DNA of 64,000 nucleotides from Octopus sinensis (taxonomy: Eukaryota): assembly GCF_006345805.1 (NCBI RefSeq), contig NW_021836129.1, forward strand, positions 315,332-379,331, given 5' to 3'. The position numbers and the translations under genes were made by a program. Each line of letters starts with the position of its first letter. The stretch's first letter is position 1. Positions 40,346 to 53,044 of the stretch are shown piece by piece. The notes under the pieces are model-generated. The model ran no database searches. It was not told the DNA's origin and saw nothing but the letters and a program-made list of their open reading frames with translations.

Positions 40346-40376
40346 TCATCAATATATTATTTACTAATATGGGCGT

Positions 40377-42576
40377 TTAAATTTTTATTTTAAAGAATTT
40401 GAGTTTAAATCCCAACATTTCATTAAGGAGAGCAGTGAGAGTGGAGAATATGAGGACGTGGAGGACACTAAAGAGAATGGGATTGCCAAACACTGCAGAT
40501 ATTTTGAAGGACTTTTCCACATTCTACCTCATAATGCCTCCACTACTTTAATAATCTGGAATGCAATGTCAAGAGCTTAACTGTGAGCAAATACATTTCC
40601 TTCTTGTTAGGTTTCTGTTCGATGGATTGGTAGAGGTTGAACTGTCATGTTATATCAACTGAGGACCTTTTCCGTTAACAGAGCACTCCCATTCTTGGCA
40701 GAGTTGTTGTAGTGTGTCTGGTCAGTGATGAACCTCAGCAAATATATGCCCAGGACGAATATCCAACAACACACTTCCCAGCTATATTTCGAGTAGAAAA
40801 AGTCATCTTTCAGTCGGTAGATCTACACCTGATTACATATTACATACTTGTAGTCCTAATGCACAAAAAAGTCCCAAAAACGTGTAGAATGAAAAACTTA
40901 TGATTATCTGGATTGATCTCACCGGTCCACACTTCTACACACTCCCACTCCACACACAACCTTCACATACGACCTCAGGGACAGCCACAACTTGACTTTC
41001 CTTAGAGAGTTCAGTCGGAAGTAGGGCACTCCGTTCTTCTGAGATCTCCTTAGGGATGTGACCATATCAAAGTATTTGTAGTATTTCAGTCTCTGCTAAT
41101 ATATGGAGACAGGAGACCTTTCTGCCTGATCTCTCAGCAATTGTCAGCAGGAAGGTAACACAGAGACTCAGCAAAAACTTTTGTAGCACAAAATATAGCA
41201 AACACAACTTATCCCTACGAGTAAAATAAAGATATCACATCAAAGTGACATGAAAGGAGCCGACAGACTCGCCGATGACTGAGTAGATTGGGCACATTGT
41301 GGCCAGGATAAGAGAGGAGATCAAAGCAATGAAAAAGTAGGTCATGTCCTCGGGACTACTGTTGGCCCTGAGGACGATGATACTCCCAATCTCATTGGCA
41401 GTCAAATATTCCTTAGTACTAATACCATTCTCCTTGATGATACATCCGACTATAATAACACACAACTATCACCTCTCTCTAATACGGGCTATAAATAGAT
41501 TAGTTATACTACTCAACCAAGTCTTCCTTCTTTGGAGGAGGAGTTCTGTCTTCCTGGACTGACTCCTCTGAGGGACTTCCTGACTCGGATTCCCCTGTTT
41601 CTATCTCCGAGACCATCAATTCGTTGGTTAAGGTCCCTGATTTGGTCTAATGATACAAGTCAACTTAGTTTCTCACTTTTTTGGGGACAGAAAGGGAATT
41701 CCTTGCATGGATATCAGGAGTTAGATTATCCCTGACCTTGGGGGATTCAAGCTCATCGTCAGTTAGCCTAAAAAACTCATAAAATTAAAACTCGAATGAA
41801 TTTTTATCAAACATTCTTAAAAATGACTGATTTCTATTTTTAGTTCGATTTGGAGTTATTCGAGTACTGCCAGTTGGTTTGGTCTCTTCTGAATTCCTGG
41901 GCTTGTCTTTCTTCAATGCCCTGCAACGTTGAGTACCACCAGTCACTTTTGGTCAAAGATCTGCGAGAGAATTGTCGAGAAAATAGTAAAAATTGAGAAA
42001 AGTAGAATAATTGTTTCAAATTTCCAATTCTGAGTTCATAAAAATGCCAACCTCAATAAATTCGTCCTCCTGGAAAGTAGTTGTGAAGACTATGAGCCAG
42101 TTGATGACATAAAAAATGAGGACTACAATGAAGGGACACAGTCCTATCTGAGTAATCCACCATTTGTGGTTGAGGAATGGAAGGAAGGACTTGGAGATGC
42201 CTTGTCTGAAGGACCCGACCAAAGACACTCTCGTTTTCATTTTACTGAGAGTCGAGCCTGCCTTCAATGGGGAACCAAACCTGTGATCAAGTCAATGTCT
42301 ATCATCTGTCTCTGAATTGAATTCTTAATAATATCATCGACTATTCTCTTTGAGTTTAAATTGTTTATTTTCTAAGTATAACAAGTAATGATACTACATC
42401 GTTAATTCTCTTCTCTACAGTGTGTTCCCACAGTTGTTTGTCGTAGCCTTTAAGCTAAGTATTATTAGAATGTGGGAATAAGTATAAGTGCACTCAATCA
42501 TTACTTCTTTGTCGAACCATTCCTGAGTCTTCTGGACGAATGAGGAGTACAACTTCTTTAGTTCATCAATTGGCAT
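40377..42576 (-). CDS. PHTF1: PHTF (putative homeodomain transcription factor 1/2 family) membrane protein
   Basis: GYDKQLWE, IDIDLITGST, KWWI, PYFRL...KLWLSLRSY, GPVRS, LGFKLKFFKIK* match the PHTF N- and C-terminal motifs. Confidence 0.85.
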
Positions 42577-42815
42577 ATTGAAGAATGACTACGTCAGCGA
42601 ACATGCATTATTTAACCTATTAATCTGCCGTATACTGTCGTAGTATTACATGGTTTTTAATTTTGTTTTTTATTTAAATATCTACTCATTTTGAGGCTAT
42701 GTAGTCAATTATATATGTTCACAGATATCAGCATTGGTTGATTCTAATCGTGAGAAATTGAATTAGTTTATAGGGATATTCGGGAATATTTATTTTCTTA
42801 GTTCTTTCATTGGGT

Positions 42816-42894
42816 TAGGTAGAACAGTTATATTACCAAAAGTGTGATTTTTATTACGTCATGTATTGATGGATGTTTTTTAAATTCAATTGGG
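42816..42894. repeat. ~80-bp dispersed repeat; second copy 46021-46103
   Basis: aacagttatatt[a/c]ccaaaagtgtgatttt...attacgtcatgtatt shared. Confidence 0.8.
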
Positions 42895-44790
42895 CATTTA
42901 AATGTAATGATCAATTTAGATTAATTTTTTATCTGTGTAATCTATTAAAATCGTTAATTGATCAACTAATGAGATTCTTTTATAGTCTGGATTAACCACA
43001 ACACTGAGTTGAAGCCACTTGTCGGTTTTTGAATATTGTACTTAAAATTAAATCAAAGTAATTCTAATTATTAAATCGATTAGAAAAATCGGCCACGAAT
43101 ACCACAAATTCGTGCTTACTGATACAACAGCGAGGACTATTTAAACAGAACATCTCCTAGAACGATAATCCTTTGACTCCTTCCTTTCAAGGATGGTAAG
43201 GATCACCTGATTAATTTAAATTGCTGTTTCTGGGTAATTAATAATTCTCAGTTTATGCCACTGCGTTCAATAAAATCTATATTTGTCGAGGTATTTGGCT
43301 TACTTTTGTGAAAATTAGTTAGTAATGCTTGCCTATCAGATTTTGAGTCGGGCGATCGCTAGAATTGCGAAAAATTGTCTGATAGGAGGGTTCTGCTATG
43401 GAATGAAAATGAAGACTCTCTGTAATGCCAATATATTGCTTAGATATGATAATGTTTTAATTGTATTTGCAAAAAGACCTGATTGTCAGGTTGAGGTTAA
43501 AGGAGCTATGTGGGTATATCGAGAGTTGTCCTTGCTTCCAAAGACTATTGGTCATGAAAATGAGATAAAACACTACTCCCTGCAATTGCATTTATTCCAG
43601 CTATCTTAATTGAATACTTATTTTACATTTGTATTTTCATCGTAAGCTCATTAATGGCTATTCTCAGTAGATTATGAACTCAATAGGACTAAGATTATGA
43701 TGAACACATTACTGGACTCACTAATGGCTAAAGTCTATTGCATGGCTTTGATAAATCTTTCTAGATATGATTAAAAAGGTCTCCAGGACCTAATAACTTC
43801 CCATTAAAAAATTTACCTCAATTTACAACTGCTTCTGCAAGAAAATTTGACGTGACCTATTTTATCCCAAATAATGAAATATCATTATGATTTGATACCA
43901 ATAAGATGTATTTCCAATATATTCATATACATAACTTAGCGATAATCGGTTAGGATCCTTAAATAAGATTCTGATCTTTATTTGATTATTCTACTTGGAT
44001 GATTTTTAGACCCCCTTAAGTGAGGAGGTCCAGTTAAGGCGGTAATCATTTCATGAAAATTGATCGATGTTTGGTTTAGTTTGGTATGACTTTCAAGCAC
44101 AACTCGAGAACTGAAAATATATGGTCTCACAATGAAATACAGTAATATGACTTATAATTAATTATTGCCAATAAGATGATTTATGAAAACATGTCTATTA
44201 GCAAGAGCTGTTGTTTTGTAAATTATCCTACATCAAACAAGATTAAATCGCTAACTTTTGTTAATTGTTTGGTTAACTTTTTTATATTTTTATCTGGAGA
44301 AATGAAAACAATCATATCGACAAACAATCTGCTAAGAGTTTGGAAACACTTTTTTTGCACTAAAATAAAGATGAATAGATCTATGTTACATAATGTTGTA
44401 ATGAAACAGGAGCATTTATTAAGTTTTGAACTAGTTCTACTTGTCTTTATACAATAGTGGAAAAACTTGATTTTTGTTAATTTTGGATCATATGGTTAAA
44501 AACCAAATCAAGTTGAAATAAAATACCATCACTACACTGAAAAGTCAAAATCAGGCAAGATGACCATCGACTATTCGTCAGTCTTTTTAAAACTACTCAA
44601 AATCTTCCAAGAATGCAAACACAAACCACGTGAAAAGAAATCCAAGCATTAGCGACCTTTTCACACTTTGAAGTTTAATTCCTATAAATTCCGCAAATAT
44701 GCTAAGTGCAAACAACGAAAGAATGAGATCAATAGTTAATCAACCCCCTAATACTGAACCAATAACTCATTAAAATGGCCCCCTAGGCCA

Positions 44791-44874
44791 GATGCCTGGG
44801 TCGGTGGTTTGGGAAATCCCCAGGTCAACCAGTTTGTTTAATAGTTCATAGATCAAAGGGCAGTTATCAATTTC
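44791..44874 (-). pseudogene. 84-bp diverged copy of an AP-1 mu exon segment (source 34665-34748)
   Basis: Ungapped match with about 7 substitutions, mostly transitions. Confidence 0.9.
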
Positions 44875-45275
44875 AAGCTAGTGAGAAGATTCAAAGTTTT
44901 TAGAATTTGGAGTCCATTTTCGTGTAATCTGAAAATTATGTCAGATAACCATGAACTCAAAGAAGATCTTAGAACAAGCAATGAAGTTAAAATAGAGTTT
45001 CACAACTGAACATTGGAGTAGTATGAGTTAAATTTGACACCTTTTTAGTGAGGAAAGAAAAAATGTGAATATTGTTAATATCAATCAAGTTGCTGTTCAT
45101 TGAAATGTGCGATGAGACACCTTATTTAGCATTGAAAATTGACTTGATGTCTCCTTGGTAAGTTCGTTTGGGTCTTTCGTTGTTTCTGTGTTGAATTGTT
45201 TGTTGGATGCAGAAAAAATGATATGGGAGCCGAAAATTTGAATTTTTATTTCTTAATAATAATTTTTTCAAAAGT

Positions 45276-45431
45276 GGAGCTAACTCGATGAAGAGGAGAC
45301 ATGATGAGGTGACAGAAAACGAATACTCTGAGGAAGAGGAAAATAATAGCAAGAGGATCACAAAAGGTGACCCTGTTCAGGAAGGCCCAGGAACAGTAAA
45401 TTGAAAATTTTAATTAATCTAACTTTTAATT
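45276..45431 (+). mobile_element. 5'-truncated copy of the 3' end of the RLE-LINE at 10980-11575
   Basis: ggagctaactcgatgaagaggagacatgatgaggtgacagaaaacgaatactctgagga identical to 11419 onward. Confidence 0.85.
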
Positions 45432-46462
45432 CCTTGTTTTAATAATATAATTTTATTAGTTAAAAAATTGACCAATTTGATTTACGGAAACCCGATTGCG
45501 AAAAACTAAAGAAGGAATCCTCTCGATATCTTTTTTTTTGATTTTTTAAAGCCATATGAGCACAAGGTGGCACAATGTTCGTCAGTGAGATTCTTCTTCA
45601 TTATCATTTCGTTAGCAGTTAGGACTTGCTCAAGCTGTAGGTTAAATTTGGCGATTTTCCCTTTCATTGATTCTTCTCAGTTACTATTTGGCCTTGTCTT
45701 GTTGGTAAGGCTTTCAAATGTGCACTGTTCTGCATTGATAATATCATTAATATCGTTGATATTCAGATTTGGCAGGGACCAATATATTGTTTGATTGATG
45801 CGTTGATTCCATTTAAAATGTCCTTTTTCAACAGTTGTCTTGGAATTCTCCTGGTTGGGACTGGAGGTTCCTTCCGGTTGTACGTATTCGCCCAATTTGG
45901 GAACAAAATTTTTCAAAACATTTTCCAAAAATGGAGATTTCAGCCTTCTGGGACTTTTCAGGTAACAGGCCACATACTAGGCTTCCAGCACCTCTAGTTG
46001 AAAGAAAGAATAAAAACCCTTAGGTTGGTATAACAGTTATATTCCCAAAAGTGTGATTTTTCATTACGTCATGTATTAATGGATATTTTTAAATTCACCT
46101 GGGAATCCACGTTGATTCATTTGGTTTAATGCATACCCTTTTAGAACAATAGTACTTTTCCTATTTCCTTTCCGCAATTAAAAGAAATTAACTGTTCATA
46201 TTTGGCTGTATAAATATTTAACCAAAAAAGAAAAACTAAAAATCCATTTATTGATTTAAACACAAGAAAAAAATATGAGCAAAGTTTATTTCTATGAAGG
46301 TCATCAAATCAGTTTCACGCTAATTATGAACATTGTAAATATTGCCATAAATAGAGAAAAACCAATTATAAAAGTGGAAATTAGAAATTAGTCTCTACAT
46401 TAATATATTTACTCGAGGAGGATTTATTTTGTCAGTTCATATGTGAAGGGAAATATGAAGGA

Positions 46463-49400
46463 ATGTTCAGCCCATGGATAAACAAATCATACCCTCGGGA
46501 GGACACACATTTACAAAAGGAGACCATGAATTCATTAATTATAAAACAGCCGGAATAAAAAAAATTTCATTTTCATGATGTTCAGCCCATGGATAAACAA
46601 ATCATACCCTCGGGAGGACACACATTTACAAAAGGAGCCCATGAATTCATTAATTATAAAACAGCCGGAATAAAAAAAATTTTCATTTTCATGATGTTCA
46701 GCCCATGGATAAACAAATCATACCCTCGGGAGGACACACATTTACAAAAGGAGCCCATGAATTCATTAATTATAAAACAGCCGGAATAAAAAAGATTTTC
46801 ATTTTCATGATGTTCAGCCCAAGATAAACAAATCATACCCTCGGGAGGACACACATTTACAAAAGGAGCCCATGAATTCATTAATTATAAACAGCCGGAA
46901 TAAAAAAAAATTTTCATTTTCATGATGTTCAGCCCATGGATAAACAAATCATACCCTCGGGAGGACACACATTTACAAAAGCAGCCCATGAATTCATTAA
47001 TTATAAAACAGCCGGAATAAAAAAAAATTTTCATTTTCATGATGTTCAGCCCATGGATAATCAAATCATACCCTCGGGAGGACACACATTTACAAAAGGA
47101 GACCATGAATTCATTAATTATAAAACAGCCGGAATAAAAAAAATTTTCATTTTCATGATGTTCAGCCCATGGATAAACAAATCATACCCTCGGGAGGACA
47201 CACATTTACAAAAGGAGCCCATGAATTCATTAATTATAAAACAGCCGGAATAAAAAAAATTTTCATTTTCATGATGTTCAGCCCATGGATAAACAAATCA
47301 TACCCTCGGGAGGACACACATTTACAAAAGGAGCCCATGAATTCATTAATTATAAAACAGCCGGAATAAAAAAAAATTTCATTTTCATGATGTTCAGCCC
47401 ATGGATAAACAAATCATACCCTCGGGAGGACACACATTTACAAAAGGAGCCCATGAATTCATTAATTATAAAACAGCCGGAATAAAAAAAAATTTTCATT
47501 TTCATGATGTTCAGCCCATGGATAAACAAATCATACCCTCGGGAGGACACACATTTACAAAAGGAGCCCATGAATTCATTAATTATAAAACAGCCGGAAT
47601 AAAAAAATTTTCATTTTCATGATGTTCAGCCCATGGATAAACAAATCATACCCTCGGGAGGACACACATTTACAAAAGGAGCCCATGAATTCATTAATTA
47701 TAAAACAGCCGGAATAAAAAAAAAATTTCATTTTCATGATGTTCAGCCCATGGATAAACAAATCATACCCTCGGGAGGACACACATTTACAAAAGGAGCC
47801 CATGAATTCATTAATTATAAAACAGCCGGAATAAAAAAGATTTTCATTTTCATGATGTTCAGCCCAAGATAAACAAATCATACCCTCGGGAGGACACACA
47901 TTTACAAAAGGAGCCCATGAATTCATTAATTATAAAACAGCCGGAATAAAAAAAAATTTTCATTTTCATGATGTTCAGCCCATGGATAAACAAATCATAC
48001 CCTCGGGAGGACACACATTTACAAAAGCAGCCCATGAATTCATTAATTATAAAACAGCCGGAATAAAAAAAAATTTTCATTTTCATGATGTTCAGCCCAT
48101 GGATAATCAAATCATACCCTCGGGAGGACACACATTTACAAAAGGAGACCATGAATTCATTAATTATAAAACAGCCGGAATAAAAAAATTTTCATTTTCA
48201 TGATGTTCAGCCCATGGATAAACAAATCATACCCTCGGGAGGACACACATTTACAAAAGGAGCCCATGAATTCATTAATTATAAAACAGCCGGAATAAAA
48301 AAAATTTTCATTTTCATGATGTTCAGCCCATGGATAAACAAATCATACCCTCGGGAGGACACACATTTACAAAAGGAGCCCATGAATTCATTAATTATAA
48401 AACAGCCGGAATAAAAAAAATTTCATTTTCATGATGTTCAGCCCATGGATAAACAAATCATACCCTCGGGAGGACACACATTTACAAAAGGAGCCCATGA
48501 ATTCATTAATTATAAAACAGCCGGAATAAAAAAAAATTTTCATTTTCATGATGTTCAGCCCATGGATAAACAAATCATACCCTCGGGAGGACACACATTT
48601 ACAAAAGGAGCCCATGAATTCATTAATTATAAAACAGCCGGAATAAAAAAAATTTTCATTTTCATGATGTTCAGCCCAAGATAAACAAATCATACCCTCG
48701 GGAGGACACACATTTACAAAAGGAGACCATGAATTCATTAATTATAAAACAGCCGGAATAAAAAAAATTTTCATTTTCATGATGTTCAGCCCATGGATAA
48801 ACAAATCATACCCTCGGGAGGACACACATTTACAAAAGGAGCCCATGAATTCATTAATTATAAAACAGCCGGAATAAAAAAAATTTTCATTTTCATGATG
48901 TTCAGCCCATGGATAAACAAATCATACCCTCGGGAGGACACACATTTACAAAAGGAACCCATGAATTCATTAATTATAAAACAGCCGGAATAAAAAAAAA
49001 TTTTCATTTTCATGATGTTCAGCCCATGGATAAACAAATCATACCCTCGGGAGGACACACATTTACAAAAGGAGCCCATGAATTCATTAATTATAAAACA
49101 GCCGGAATAAAAAAGATTTTCATTTTCATGATGTTCAGCCCATGGATAAACAAATCATACCCTCGGGAGGACACACATTTACAAAAGGAGCCCATGAATT
49201 CATTAATTATAAAACAGCCGGAATAAAAAAAATTTTCATTTTCATGATGTTCAGCCCATGGATAAACAAATCATACCCTCGGGAGGACACACATTTACAA
49301 AAGCAGCCCATGAATTCATTAATTATAAAACAGCCGGAATAAAAAAAAATTTTCATTTTCATGATGTTCAGCCCATGGATAAACAAATCATACCCTCGGG

Positions 49401-50000
49401 AGGACACACATTTACAAAAGGAGCCCATGAATTCATTAATTATAAAACAGCCGGAATAAAAAAAAATTCCATTTTCATGATGTTCAGCCCATGGATAAAC
49501 AAATCATACCCTCGGGAGGACACACATTTACAAAAGCAGCCCATGAATTCATTAATTATAAAACAGCCGGAATAAAAAAAAAATTTCATTTTCATGATGT
49601 TCAGCCCATGAATAAACAAATCATACCCTCGGGAGGACACACATTTACAAAAGCAGCCCATGAATTCATTAATTATAAAACAGCCGGAATAAAAAAAAAT
49701 TTTCATTTTCATGATGTTCAGCCCATGGATAAACAAATCATACCCTCGGGAGGACACACATTTACAAAAGGAGCCCATGAATTCATTAATTATAAAACAG
49801 CCGGAATAAAAAAAAAATTTCATTTTCATGATGTTCAGCCCATGGATAAACAAATCATACCCTCGGGAGGACACACATTTACAAAAGCAGCCCATGAATT
49901 CATTAATTACAAAACAGCCGGAATAAAAAAAAATTTCATTTTCATGATGTTCAGCCCATGGATAAACAAATCATACCCTCGGGAGGACACATATTTACAA
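46463..50000. repeat. 116-bp tandem array (satellite), ~30.5 copies
   Basis: Monomer atgttcagcccatggataaacaaatcataccctcgggaggacacacatttacaaaaggagcccatgaattcattaattataaaacagccggaataaaaaaaattttcattttcatg; A-tract length varies; few point variants. Confidence 0.98.
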
Positions 50001-50249
50001 CCGTGATCTTTTCATAAAACGAATGGGTCCATTAGACGTTGACGGGGAGATTATCTCTGCCTGGCGTCGATCGAATGCTGGGTTCACCCGTAAACGTGAA
50101 CTTCTGACGATGCTAGCCTCGTTAGAGGGTCTGGCCTTCAAAAATCAGTTGCAGATGCACCAATCGTAGATGAATCAAAATTAAGATGGTTTAAAAAATA
50201 CAAAAGGTATACAAAAACGAATATGAAAATGTCAAAATAATAAAAAAGA

Positions 50250-51637
50250 TCAGAGCAACCCTGCCTTGTGCGAACGTTACCCCAATCGATGATGTCACCT
50301 TTCTCGGTGGATCCCTGTCCTACACGAAGCTCCAATCCATGCTTTCCGCCAAAGCTGAACACTTCCAAAGACTTTCTACAAATCTCTCTATCTTGTCCTC
50401 GCACACTGCCTTTTTCCTCTTGAAGAACAGCATTCACATGCCGAAACTCATTTTCACCCTCAGGAGCAATCCCTGCTTCCTGCATATGGACCTACTCGCC
50501 GCATACGACGTAATCCTGAAAAAGACTGCCGAATCCGTCCTCAATGTACACCTCGATGGTCCTGGATGGGCCCAATGCTCGCTCCCATTGAGATTCGGAG
50601 GTGCGGGAATCCGCACTGCATCCGATGTGGCACTTCCGGCATATCTATCCTCCCTTTCGATGTGCAACAACCTGGCCTCTGAGATCCTACTCAACTCTTT
50701 CGGATCATGCCTGGATGGTGCTTTTTCGGATGGGCTCACTACCTGGGATCGCTCCTTTTCTGAGAGGCCCGAAGATTTCTCCTCCCAACGTGCCTGGGAC
50801 TCTATCGCATGCCGAGCGCGTGTGTCTGTGCTCTCGGCAACCCTTGATCAACACCGCCTGGCATGCCTTCGTGCGGCATCCGCCCCTCACTCTGGTAGCT
50901 GGCTGAATGCTCTTCCTCTCTCCAGCATCGGGACGTGGCTAGACGATGCTGCCATACGCATCGGAGTGGCTCACCGTCTCGGGCTGGATGTTTGTGCAAA
51001 ACACCGCTGCAGATGCGGTGAGGTCGTTGACGAAAAGGGACTGCACCCACTTTCCTGCAAGAGGAGCGCAGGCAGGGAACACAGACACAAGGCCCTCAAT
51101 GAAATCGTGAAGGCCGGTCTCGAAATGGCGGGCCATTCGTGCCTCCTCGAACCGGTCGGACTCGATCGGGGAGATGGCAAAAGGCCTGACGGGATGACAA
51201 TATTCCCGTACTCGTCGGAGAAGGCCCTTGTATGGGATGTCACCGTTGTGGATACCTTTTCGAAATCGAGGATCCATTCTTCTGCGGCAAACCCTTGTTC
51301 GGCTGCAAACCACGCCGAAAAGATCAAAATACATAAATATTCTTCGCTCGCGGACCGCTACCGCGTTACGGCAATCGCTCTGGAGACCGCTGGAGTTGCA
51401 GGAAAGGAGACTGACTCGTTCCTCAAAGAGGTCGGGCAGTCCATCGGGAGAAGGCTCAAGGACTCGAGAGAGAGCCTCTGGTTCCGCCAGCGCATCGGCC
51501 TGGCCATTGTTCGGGGCAACGCACACTGCGTCCTCGCCGCTGGAACTTAACTATTTTCGGTGTTAATTTTCCAAAAAAAAAAAAATAATTGATTGAAAAA
51601 AAAAATAAAAAAAAAAAATAAAAAAAAAAATAAAAAA
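50250..51637 (+). mobile_element. 5'-truncated CRE-clade non-LTR retrotransposon with intact C-terminal ORF and poly(A) tail
   Basis: ORF 50339-51550 (open from ~50195): end of RT, CRCG...H...C finger, RHKAL, KRPDG, VWDVTVVDT, KY endonuclease motifs; compound A-tail 51573-51637. Confidence 0.9.
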
Positions 51638-51694
51638 GATTGACTTTGAAGGAATAAAATCAAAATAAATGATACAAATGATAAAATTTCAAAT

Positions 51695-52630
51695 TCTGAA
51701 ATCAGGAAGTGAAAGTTTATAATGATTTATTCCTTACCAATCAAATTAAATAAGTATGTAGCAAAGTACACATAAAATACCAACAAACTATGCCAACCAT
51801 GCGTATCAGTGTGTTATAATTTATTGGCCTTACCTTTAAAAATAGATTAACCATAGTGTAATAATTTTAATAAATATGAATTTTATTTATATGTTTGAAA
51901 AGATTCTCATGTCAATTCGCTAATCTAACATTCTATTATATCGAGCTCTTTTAGTCATTCCGGCACTGGACATGTGCAAGCCACACGAGCAGGCCGTGCA
52001 ATTGATCATCCTCTTTCTTTTGTTCATCGTGTGGCATTTTCTGCAGATCTCATCTTCTCTTGCAGTTTCCTGGATGTTCTTTTCATATGTTTTTAGTGAA
52101 ATTGAATCAAGGAACTTTTCAATCGAAAAACTTTGCAATTTTTTTGCAATTTTCGTTTTTTCGACATAGAATCTATTCATGACGACTCTTTATTTTGTTA
52201 GGAATTAACTGCGAGATCAACGGCTAGTGATATTTTTGATTTTTCTGGCTTTTTACGTGACAATCGTATTCACTGGGATAAAGTTGGATCTATTTGTAGA
52301 TATTAAACGTCAGCTAAATAAAACAACGTTCTAGTTTTGTCAGATTGGTGAAAGAAATAGCAATTATTCTTCCCCAATTGTATGGGGTTTACCAGAATTA
52401 TCGATGAGTAAAGCAATATCATATGATGCAATAAGACCATCATACCTTTTATAATCAGCAGTAAATATATTTGCCATTTCTGTTGATTTTTATCTTTTTG
52501 ATCATATTCTGTCTCTATTGCATGTAGATAATGTTTAATAGAATGTGAAGAGAATAATCGCTCAATTAAATATTGCACTTTGTGCGCCTCTACAATGCAT
52601 TTATTTGTGAAACCTGTCTTACTATACAAC
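51695..52630 (-). mobile_element. Degenerate DNA transposon with PHD-like C-terminus, possibly integrase-type; right part repeated at 1-380
   Basis: ICRKCH...INCTACSCGLH; weak integrase-like C-terminal remnants upstream. Confidence 0.4.
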
Positions 52631-52699
52631 TCGTTCTGTTGGGGGATTTCCCCTTCAAAAACTAAAAAACTTAAATCCTTTCACCAAAAGCAACTGCGT

Positions 52700-52990
52700 A
52701 TACTATGTGGGGTACAATGGCCCACACGGATCAACAATGGTATACTTTACTGAGAATATTCAGTGCACATTGGAGGCCCGTTGGAGACTGTTTGAGCATG
52801 TCCTATGTATAAACCCGACGTCACCCGCAAATCTGAGTATGGAAGAATACTTTACTGCAAGTGGAAAGAAATTTCGGGGGCGTTCGCGTACTAGAGATGT
52901 TGAACGCAGACCTCAACTCAATCAACTGCAAGCTCAAAAATGGGGACAATCTGAACATAATGAAGAGTTTAGCATGCAACAGGGAAGGGT
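52700..52990 (+). mobile_element. RTE/L2-like LINE C-terminal fragment
   Basis: RWRLFEHVL...PANLSMEEYF...KKFRGRSRT. Confidence 0.6.
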
Positions 52991-53044
52991 GGACAAGGAT
53001 TATGAAAAAATCGTTTAAGTGCCGCACGTGTGGAAACATAACTA

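Noticed and set aside
43195-43212. SSU rRNA 3' end (ggatcacct)
   Set aside because: Only 9 nt match, with no other rRNA sequence nearby.
43300-44460. Short ORFs 43325-43609 and 44176-44457
   Set aside because: No recognisable motif or consistent micro-intron structure; left unannotated.
46463-50000. CRISPR array
   Set aside because: No unique spacers, a continuous 116-bp monomer, no cas genes, eukaryotic context.
46463-50000. Repetitive protein (the MDKQIIPSGG... ORFs) or 5S rRNA array
   Set aside because: 116 is not a multiple of 3 and the frames break with A-tract length; no 5S rRNA consensus or internal control boxes recognised.
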